A stretch of 63,769 bases of DNA, the filler included, from Collodictyon triciliatum (lineage: Eukaryota): assembly GCA_043381765.1 (NCBI GenBank). It is 7 parts of 7 records of this genome, joined end to end, with 100 filler letters (N's around TTAATTAATTAA, not from the genome) between each part and the next. Parts side by side here need not be neighbours in the genome. Positions count along the whole stretch, not along the records: positions 47,194 to 56,496 come from JBHJMP010003079.1; positions 56,597 to 63,769 come from JBHJMP010003087.1; 5 more parts are not named here. One strand, given 5' to 3'. Shown here piece after piece: positions 47,809 to 63,769 of this stretch (positions within the stretch are counted from its first letter, which is position 1; each line of letters opens with the position of its first letter). The translations under genes were made by a program, and so were the position numbers. The notes beneath the pieces are model-generated. The model worked only from the letters and a program-made list of their open reading frames with translations. It was not told the origin of the DNA and did not search any database.

Positions 47809-50800
47809 TCATAGGACGTAAAAATCTCTTGGGCGGCCAGCCATCGAATATGCCGGCGCAGTTCCAAAGGAGCTTTCGTGGTTGTATGTCCCGGGCCCAG
47901 GAACTTTCTCAGCTGATTGTGATTATGATGATTATAATTATGGTTATGGTTATAATTTTTTTTAAAGTAAACACAAAATTAAAAGGAAGAAAAAAAGGAC
48001 TTTTGAGTAATATATCATTAATGACGAAAATAAGTCGCTTTGTGACGTTGATAATATAGTCAGTTGTCTGTGTGAGATGCCTGCGTGTGTCTAGGTTAGC
48101 AAATAAAGTTAACTTGACTGCACTATTACTTTTCATTGAGCTATAATCGCCACGGAATGAAAACGCCGGATTGTCGCCCAGTGGGTCGGTCTGCTCATAA
48201 TTTCCAGGACCAGGGTAATTGTCCTCTGAATCAAGTCACGCGTTAGATATGACGGAATGTGCCATGGGTTGGATCTACACATGTAAAAAAATCCATTGAT
48301 ATATATTAATACTAAGCACTTTGTTTGGATGTTTTTCTTTCTGCCATCGAAAATGCCGGGGCCGTGCCGAGAAGTGAGCGAATCATGTAATAACCTGGTC
48401 CGGGTGTAACGAGTTCTGGCAAAAATTAAAAATAAGATAAACCCTAAATACACCCCAGTCATCTCTGTAATAATGAATGCAGTTGTCCTCGCACAGGGAA
48501 TATATGTATATAATTATTGAATAGATAAAAGGTAAGTGAATAAATTAATAAATGAAAAATACACAAGGAAAAAAAGAAGAAACTGGAAGAAAAAAAAATA
48601 CTGGTCTCATCTGAAGGCCGCCCAGACATAGAGTAAGAAACCCCACTCCCAATCGAGTTTTTGTAATTGTATGCTCCTGGTCCTGGATTATCAGGCTCTG
48701 AGAAACAATATGAGAGTGTCTAAGTAAATACAAGAGAATTGTTTCTACTTTATGATTCATATCATATTACAGCATGATTAGAATTATGATTAAATCATTC
48801 AAACAGGAACAGTTACTTTTTTCTGGCGCCATGCGGCTTCCAATAGAATGTGAGGGCGCTTCTCCAAGTCTCGACTTTATGGGATACATCCCAGGTCCGG
48901 GCACGTCATCGGCTGATTATTAGTACATGTTATTTGAATAGATAATCACAAGTAAGGACTGCTTACTCAAAGTTCTATTTCAATTCGATGAAAATGCTAT
49001 GAATACGTAAATTATTATGCTTCGAATAATACAAATATGTATATTCATGTGTTTGAAATGAAACATTTTATAGGCTTCTGTCTCCCAGTCATAGAGTATG
49101 ATAGGGCGTCCCCGATTGTAGATTTTATAATATATGAATCAGGACCCGGCGACTTAGATTCTAAATCATTATTTATGCAAGTTTTATTTCTAAGTGCAAG
49201 AAAACGAAAAGGAAAGAAGACGGCCTGATTGCCCATTAAATATTGGTGTTATTGTTCCTACCACGACCAACCGCCACGTATGAGTAATGTATTACTTTCT
49301 CAATCTAACAGATTACCTTTCTTTAGCAAAGATGTCCCTTGTATCGTCCAGGACGGGCCTCCTCCCATAAAGCTTTTTGGTTCATACTTTCCCGGTCCAG
49401 GTGAGACGGTTTCTGTGGGTATGATAAATAAAATAGTCACGATTAGTTTTTTTTTTTCTTCCCTTCAACTTGTGCAAGATGATGAAGGTTTTGGCTTTGA
49501 TTCTATAAACATTGTTTGTGTGAGCAAAAATATTCACGTTTGGTTATGATGGTATACCAATAAAGTGAATCCACACAAATTAATATGCAGATTCAAAAGA
49601 AGAAAAACAGTATGTAATATTTTAACGGGGATTTCGATTCGGTTTTCGAACCATCTTTTGGCTTTGGTTTCCCAGGCATGGAGAATCCCCCCACATGTCC
49701 GATGTGACTGTGGTGGTCGTATTTTCCAGGTCCCGGTAAATCATTTTCTAATTATATAATATTTTGCTTCAAAAAATGACCCTCACACAATAAATAAATA
49801 AAAAAAAAAAAAAGCGATTGCCGAAGGGGACATACTATTTGCTGATGCTGGCCTTGAGTTCATCGAATAAGCGGGTGCTTCACCCAGTTTGGAGTATACT
49901 CGATAAGTCCCAGGTCCGGGAGTGTCAAATGCTTTTCATGGGCAGTTATGTCAGGCAACCAAGAGTGTTTCTACCTTCAAAATGAAAAAGATATCTGACC
50001 ATTTCATAACAAATGGAAATAAATCCTACCTTTTTCAAAAGCTGTTCTTCCGGTCATTGAGTACGCTGGCGCTTCTCCAAATTTGGATTTGATGCCGTAC
50101 GAACCTGGTCCAGGGCTTATCGTAATGGAAGGGTCTTTGTGACGACCAAGCATTGAATATGAAGGAAGTTCTCCAAAACTGGTTTGGAAGGGATATGCTC
50201 CAGGCCCGGGTACTTCGTTGTCTGTTTTAATGTTGCATCAGCAAATCGGATTCTCTCTTTCATTCTTTTGCTTTATACTTAATAATTTGTAATTTATACT
50301 TAATGCCTTGCACTTAATACTCAACATTTTATAATTTATAATTTTTACTTTATACTTAATACTTATTTCGATTTCACTAATAGATAGAAAAGTTGTATAT
50401 TTAACCATTCATGTAAATCTCTAGTTTGTACGATTTGTTAGCTGTTTTTTCCTTTTATTCGAGCTTCGATGGCTATAATATGAATGGAAAAAAAGGCAGT
50501 ACATGTGTCCAAGCGCAAACCTTTCAATTCGATGCGCTTATAACCAAAAGTGTAAGAGACTATTTCCCCCATCATACTTGGTATCTGATATGAATTTGGG
50601 GCTGGTGATTTCGGGGCTGTGATGGATAAATAAAGATACATAGTTAAGTAAATAAATAAAGACATTTCTGTACAATAGTTTGTCATGAAGTAAGCATTTT
50701 TTTCAGAATGACTGATACCTCCGGCTGATTTTGGACGTCCATGCATGGAATAAGCTGGTCCCTCACCAATGAAATTTCTGGCGTCGTATCTTCCAGGGCC

Positions 50801-52264
50801 AGGCGCAATGTCCGCTGAATTCACCCAATGTCAGTATTCAAAATGACATTGCATACAACATTAAATATATAATCATTAATATAAATATTTAGAAACATGT
50901 GAGAATTGTACATTTTACTTTTTAGAATGAAAGGAAGTGGAATAAAGGAAAAAAGAATAAAAGGAAGTTATTATCACTACACTTTGCTGAAGACGGTCTG
51001 GATTTGAAAGAATAAGACTCAGCATTTCCAATATCCGAGCGTTGTTCATAAGCACCAGGACCGGGTGTCTCATTCTCTGACAGAATTGAAAAGTGCAGCG
51101 TTTGAGGAATCAGTTTTCAATGCTACTTCTCAGTTAATACCAATTTTTTTTAAAAAAAAAAACTCCAACTCCAACTCCAACTCCAACTCCAACTGCAAGG
51201 TATTTTAGCATAGATATAACAGCCTAATAAACTTATTCTAATTAAAATAATGATGATTACTGTTCTTGGTCTCTTTCCTTCCGCCCATGGAATATGCAGG
51301 GGCGCTTCCGAGTGTACTGCGAATGCTATATGCCGTCGGGGCTGGATAATTCGGACCTTGTATAAATATCTAGGTTAAAAACATCAGAGTCGACCTATGT
51401 ACCCGGACATTGACGATGCTTAGAAGTAAAACATAATAGGAAACAACGATCAGAGTAAGAGTGTCATTCGCCATTTTTTTGAATATTCTTTGTTTTTATC
51501 TATAGCATAGTTTATGATGATGCAGACTAACTCATAGAATTACACCTTTATCCTTTATAGGGACCCCTGCCATACTGAAAGATGGAGATCGCCTAAATGC
51601 CGATTTTGAAGAGTAGGTGGCTGGGCCAGGTGTTTCACTTTCTATGTTAATTAAATTATAGTCTTTTTTTGTAAGAGACTGAGGACTTGGATATAATCGG
51701 ATAGTGATTTTCCGCTTATCTCCTCCATAGTTTCTTTCCAAGTAATCTTATCAATATGCTACCCTGTTTCTTGCGATGTCTCCCGTTCATAGAAAAGGCC
51801 GGCGCATTACCCAAGTATTTCGGGACATTATAAAAACCTGGGCCCGGGACGTCGTTCCCTACAACCGCAAATCGAGAGTTTTTCATTAGAGTGTAGGCCA
51901 AAGATCAAACCAAAATGGAAACAAAAGAAGCAGAGTATGGCACACACCAAAGCCTCGTAAAAATGAAAAGAATGACAATAACGACAATAAAAACACAAGA
52001 TGAGTATCATGGCCAGGAAGACAACTCTCCAACCAGTCTGCATTCGTCATTGATTAATTGACCGTATCCTTCCCTGCCTGCTGCATCAATTAAACTCGTA
52101 ATCACCATCACACACCCACAACTCAAACCTGTGTGATCGGACGGCCGAGAAGTCATCGTCCAACCGCCGACTGTGATCGGTGACTTTGGATCGTACGAAC
52201 CCGGTCCCGGAGAAGGTGGCCGCTTCTTATAAAGCTTCATGGAGGGCACTTGTGCATCGGACAT
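47809..52264 (-). CDS. SHIPPO (PGPGxY) repeat protein, ODF3/STPG family, ~18 repeats in ~17 exons
   Basis: Exons each read xPGPGxY...(A/G)PAYSMxGR, e.g. SPGPGSY (~52190), VPGPGFY, TPGPATY and APGPGRY; final exon VPGPGTY...RDFYVL* with stop at 47809. Confidence 0.85.
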
Positions 52265-52950
52265 TCTGCGGCCTTTTGGCGTCTGGACTTAGTCGTACTC
52301 GTTTGTGCTTTCCTTGGCTGCGATCTCAATCGAACGCAGCCCCTAAAGCAGCGGCACTTGTTTTGTCTTATCTACTGAGCGTGGCTGCAAAATCATGCTA
52401 AAAAGAATGAGATAACGGTATATACTGTGGAATCTATGATAAATTAATCTATTTAAAACATACAGCGCCTTTTTTCTCATTCAATAAATATAATTTCACA
52501 GTGTAATACAGACTGTATGATAATACAAACATGAGAATAGCGGACGGTTTCAACGCAGCATGCGCACCCACACGTCTTTGAGGAACACTATGGGAATAGG
52601 GGCATTCCAATCCCAGAAGGTCGTCAAATATACTTATGTAGCATAAAATCCAAAAAAAATCATTCTTACTGAATGTTTCTTCTGTCTTTTTTGATCCAGA
52701 CAAACGATTCGCGAAAATAAGGTGCGCCGAATCGTCACATAAAACACAAAAAACAAATGTTCACACAATGGCTAACTGCTACCACTGATTTCTTTCCAGT
52801 GCTCGCCTCTCCACAGCAATGTCTTCTCTTGCTGGCGTTTGCTCTCTACCATGCGCACCTATCTCGCCCCTTTGTATGGCTTAACCTCGCTGCACTTTGA
52901 ATCGAATAAAGGAAAAAAAAGAAAAAAAAAGAAAAAAGATCCATACACAG

Positions 52951-53820
52951 AAACACATAAAAAACACATAAAAAAACACATAAAAAAACACATAAAAAAA
53001 CACATAAAAAAACACATAAAAAAACACATAAAAAAACACATAAAAAAACACAANNNNNNNNNNNNNNNNNNNNNNNNNNNNNNNNNNNNNNNNNNNNNNN
53101 NNNNNNNNNNNNNNNNNNNNNNNNNNNNNNNNNNNNNNNNNNNNNNNNNNNNNNNNNNNNNNNNNNNNNNNNNNNNNNNNNNNNNNNNNNNNNNNNNNNN
53201 NNNNNNNNNNNNNNNNNNNNNNNNNNNNNNNNNNNNNNNNNNNNNNNNNNNNNNNNNNNNNNNNNNNNNNNNNNNNNNNNNNNNNNNNNNNNNNNNNNNN
53301 NNNNNNNNNNNNNNNNNNNNNNNNNNNNNNNNNNNNNNNNNNNNNNNNNNNNNNNNNNNNNNNNNNNNNNNNNNNNNNNNNNNNNNNNNNNNNNNNNNNN
53401 NNNNNNNNNNNNNNNNNNNNNNNNNNNNNNNNNNNNNNNNNNNNNNNNNNNNNNNNNNNNNNNNNNNNNNNNNNNNNNNNNNNNNNNNNNNNNNNNNNNN
53501 NNNNNNNNNNNNNNNNNNNNNNNNNNNNNNNNNNNNNNNNNNNNNNNNNNNNNNNNNNNNNNNNNNNNNNNNNNNNACACATAAAAAACACATAAAAAAC
53601 ACATAAAAAACACATAAAAAACACATAAAAAACACATAAAAAACACATAAAAAACACATAAAAAACACATAAAAAACACATAAAAAACACATAAAAACAC
53701 ATAAAAAACACATAAAAAACACATAAAAAACACATAAAAAACACATAAAAACACATAAAAAACACATAAAAACACATAAAAACACATAAAAAACACATAA
53801 AAAACACATAAAAAACACAT
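52951..53820. repeat. (AAAAA(A)CACAT)n 10-12 bp tandem repeat spanning an N gap
   Basis: Same unit on both sides of the 53054-53576 gap; a related (TTTTTTGTG)n tract lies at 37575-37688. Confidence 0.95.
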
Positions 53821-53906
53821 AGTAAAAATCGAAGGCTCACACTGACATACATACATTCGCTTCCAGACCTCCATCTCTGCCCGAACAGAGAAAACCAGCC
53901 AACCTC

Positions 53907-56107
53907 ATGGATCGGACCGCCGCTTTACAACAGCGACACAGCCTGCACGCTGCAAACAAAGAGGCACCTGCGACTTTTGCCCTTCCGCCACGGCCCCGCA
54001 CGTCGTACCGAATGGCCGGCTCGAGCGACATGAATGCGTCCGAGTCCTTTCAAAAGTACGTGGAGACGCCATTCCCGTCCCACGACGGAGTCGACCTTCA
54101 CATCTGCCTTTGGACCCCAAACACGAACTTCCAGCAGATTCCGGCAGCCACTGTGTTTCTGATCCACACGCTCTTTTCTGACAAGCGCAGCCTCTTTGAT
54201 GTTGGGAACCGATTGGCAGCAGCTGGCTTGCGCGTGCTCTCCGTAGACTTGAGAGGTATGTGGGTTTCTATCGTCTGGTGGTATCCTACCTCTCCAGTTC
54301 ATTCATATCTTGTCATCCCTCGAAGTGTCATTGGTGCCATTTTCTCTACTGTTAATTTTTCATCTCTTTGTATCCCAATCTCTGATGTATCTTTGAATAC
54401 TCCTATCTTTTTAATTTATAACACATTGCATCATCCTGAAATCGTATTTCCCTTCCTCTCTCCCTCTCTCTCCTTTCAGTAATATAAACCATGTCCTATG
54501 ATTTACTGACGGATATTCTGGGTTTAAAAACCATTTGTCCTCATAGGACATGGCCGGTCGGGAGACATTCAAGGAAAACTGAAAACCCCATACGTCTTAA
54601 TGGATTTGGAGCTGGTCATAGAGACATACTCAGTCCCTGCTCTACCAAACTTTGTCTATGGACACGGCTTTGGTGCAACGCTTGCCCTTGCTCTACTGAT
54701 AAAGCACGGCCACATCAAAAGCAAGCACGGAGATTCATCCCTACCATCATCTCCACGACTGCGCAGCGAGTCCCAGAAAGGATTCACTGACCGCAGGATG
54801 CAGATTCACGGGGTCTTGGCGACATCTCCTTGGCTACGTCCTGCAGAAGTGAAAACTGCATCACAACCACGACAATCTCAGTCTCCAGCAGCAAAGGGAT
54901 GGGGGCTGTTCTCTCAAAAGTACGCATGATTCGTATAATTATATCTCGTTGCTGATTTGTGTGTATGCAAATTCAATTGAAAACATTTCTCCACATCACT
55001 AGTCTTCTGTAATACTTAAAGCCCAACGATTTATTATTATTATATTGATGGACTTTTGCATTTCCCCAAAATGATTTAGTCAACCGCAATCTCCACGAGA
55101 ACAACTTAGTCCATATCATTCCAGAGATGGGACAAAATCGGTTAATATTGTACAACAATCTCTACATGAAGCCTGGAGACTGGGAGATATTTGTTTTCAC
55201 TCTGCGCAAAGTTTTGCATGCCCATTGCTATTGATCCATGGAGATGCTGACCACGTATACATATATACATATATATTTTATCTAATCAATTGCCATATTG
55301 TTCAATTTGGGCAGTATTCAGAAGTGGTCTTATATGTATCATGCAATTAAACTAAATTCGAATAAATACGTAAATACAGTATGCAAATCATGAGTCTTCT
55401 GAAGAGGTTTTTTTCCGTTAAAAATGAAAACATTTATGATTGCTGACATATTAATGGAACATCAGTTTGTTAATACTTTACCTACGTTTCCCATATTTCT
55501 CACGCACTTGTAGTTTTTCCAAAATGTGGTGACTTGCAAAAAGGAGCTTCACATTTGGCCGACAATAGGACATGAGATCGACCGAGGGCAGGAAAAAGAC
55601 GAGATTGTATCGGTAATGACCGTATGGATATATGACCAATGCAGGCAAATATATCAATACATGGAGACGGAATATCTAGACACTCTGGAAGCCGGGATTG
55701 AAGCTCCTTTAAACCCAGAGCCACAGATGACTTCCAGAACAAAGCCAATTAACGTACCACGTGCCAAGGAGCTTTTAGCCAAAGACCCGTCCCACCTCAG
55801 TACTTCGGCTCCAATCTTGTCAGGGCCATCGTCGCTTGCGTCAGACTCGACAGACTCATCAATCAGCACAGGCCAAGGTCTCTCAACAAAGGCACGGGAC
55901 ATCACGGCTGATCGTCGCACGATGGTTACTGTCGAGCAAGACTTTGATGATGACTTTGAGAGGGTCGATATGTACCCGTATACTTCAGATGACAATTGGA
56001 TGTTCGGAGATGATTTGAAAAAACACGAGGTAGGCGATGCAAGTTCACTTTCTCGCTCCTATCTTGATTCGATTGTTGCTGCCAAGAGAAGGTTGTTCTA
56101 TCTCTGA
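53907..56107 (+). CDS. Alpha/beta hydrolase (monoacylglycerol lipase/Hydrolase_4-like), likely catalytically inactive
   Basis: SHDGVDLHICLWTP, VLSVDLRG|HGRS, FVYGHGFGATLAL, TSPWL, PLLLIHGDADH and GHEI motifs across GT-AG exons. Confidence 0.8.
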
Positions 56108-56418
56108 TGCACGGAGACCAAGTCATTAGGAGAAAGAAGCATTGCTATTTGTTTACGGAAAAGTGCGGCCCAGTTGACCCGAAGTCATTATATCTTAACT
56201 AATAAAAGAAAGAGTACTAAAAATACTGACTCGTTTTCCGAGCAAAAGGATTGGCTGGTGTTTATTGTGAGAATGGCTTTTAAACACTCGATTCGCCTCA
56301 AGACATATGTCGTTGATTTCCTAAACCAAGGAAAATTTACCTTTATTAAAAGGCTACTTGTACCAAACTAAAACACTGCTTTTTCTCCCTTACATATCAC
56401 ATTTTTAATCACTCCCCT

Positions 56419-56475
<57 letters not shown>

Positions 56476-57233
56476 TTGTTTTTTTTTTTATTGTTTNNNN
56501 NNNNNNNNNNNNNNNNNNNNNNNNNNNNNNNNNNNNNNNNTTAATTAATTAANNNNNNNNNNNNNNNNNNNNNNNNNNNNNNNNNNNNNNNNNNNNAAAC
56601 ACCAAACCGCCCATTTTTTTTTCCCCTTCCTTTTTTTTTTTTTTTTTTTTTTTTCATTCTTTGCAAGCACCAAAATATCCCTTGATAGGAATTTCTTGAA
56701 CGATTGCATCCGCATCAAGGCCCAGTTGCTCGTGATATTTCATTCATGTACTCACCTGTACTCTTCCCTATCGTATTCCAGTCGTTCGCGCGCCAGATTC
56801 AAGCAATCGAAGACACCTTGTCGGGCTACTGATTCTCTTCTGCTCGATACAAATTGAGTCTGACTGCCTTGTGTGGAATAAAGCCACACCCCTGACGATT
56901 TTGATGGACGAAATTTGGCGCAAAGCACATAAGAACACGATTCAACAACAAAAACAAACAAACAAACAACAACAAACAAACAAACAAACAAAGTATGAAG
57001 TAGAATAACATAATGCAATAGCGCAATCAGAAGGAAAATCAATTCGGGCACATACGACTGAAAAAGACAATTTCATTATGTATCTATTCTATATGTTCGT
57101 TTCTCCTTATGTTATTCTCGCTCATGTAAATATTTGTTTCGTCGCTTATGTCGTCTGGAATGATAGATTGGTGAACCGCGCCTTATGCTATAAAGCTGTA
57201 CTTCAAAAATAAAAAAGGCGTGTATTCTCGGAT

Positions 57234-63222
<5,989 letters not shown>

Positions 63223-63769
63223 ATATATGCGGATTTTGCGCCAAAGTAGCGAACTAGCAACAAGCCAAACCAACAAACCAAAAGTCACTATATATGTGGA
63301 ATTTATATATAAGTATAATTTTAATTGCCAACATACCCATGTAAATGAAATTGTTGCTGCATTAGCGTGAATAAACACTATCGCACCTAGCACGGAGATA
63401 AAGATAGATCTGATAACCCACAATCCGGCTATTTATACAAAAAGGACAATTAAGCCTAATTAGATTGCTTGACGCGTTGTGACGCAACAGGTTGGGCATT
63501 TCGTGCGTATAAGTGGGCAAATAAAAATTCCAGCGCGGCTTTGAGCAAAAGAAATCCGAACAAATCCGTTCTGATCCGTCGCCTTTCAAACACACGTCCA
63601 TTCCAGTTTTGTCCAATAATCGCCCAACAAACCAATCAACCACGCGCTCTTCTGTGCTGAGGATCGGCTGCTCGTCACGGCCACGCACCGCCCGACTCTC
63701 GCCTCTGTGAACGACGGGCTCGGCAATTGGGCTTTGATTGAGAAACAAAAAACAAACAAACAAAAAAAA

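Noticed and set aside
52951-53820. Telomeric repeat
   Set aside because: Internal, flanked by genes on both sides, variable unit length and no G-run typical of telomeres.
63362-63763. 133-aa minus-strand ORF at window end
   Set aside because: GC-rich and possibly a terminal exon, but no recognisable domain and truncated context.

Overview
Intron-rich, AT-rich eukaryotic (protist, probably amoebozoan-type) DNA. The window is not one continuous locus. Six identical 100-bp artificial spacers (44 N + TTAATTAATTAA + 44 N) separate seven pieces; the first six are 9313, 9310, 9461, 9304, 9305 and 9303 bp, so they look like size-sorted concatenated contigs, and synteny across spacers is not meaningful. 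Genes reconstructed by hand across GT-AG introns: a DUF4062-NACHT-TPR-pentapeptide-WD40-SEL1 NLR/STAND-like gene; a protein prenyltransferase alpha subunit; an orphan ORF with 18-aa tandem repeats; a Rab24-like GTPase; an LRR-SH3-like-RING-Bbox-Bbox-CC-NHL gene; a class II eIF4E (4EHP-like); a NAGPA-like enzyme; a decayed LRR gene; a RhoGEF-PH-RhoGAP; a plant-type LRR ectodomain fused to a multi-TM domain; a SHIPPO (PGPGxY) repeat gene; a Ser-less alpha/beta hydrolase; and a degenerate membrane nucleotidyl cyclase with an in-frame stop. Also present are several decayed LINE fragments, a two-tier modular satellite and many microsatellites. The most notable items are the chimeric immune-like architectures (the NLR fusion, LRR-TRIM-NHL, LRR-multi-TM) and the hierarchical repeat array. 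All family calls come from motif recognition by eye; no searches were run.
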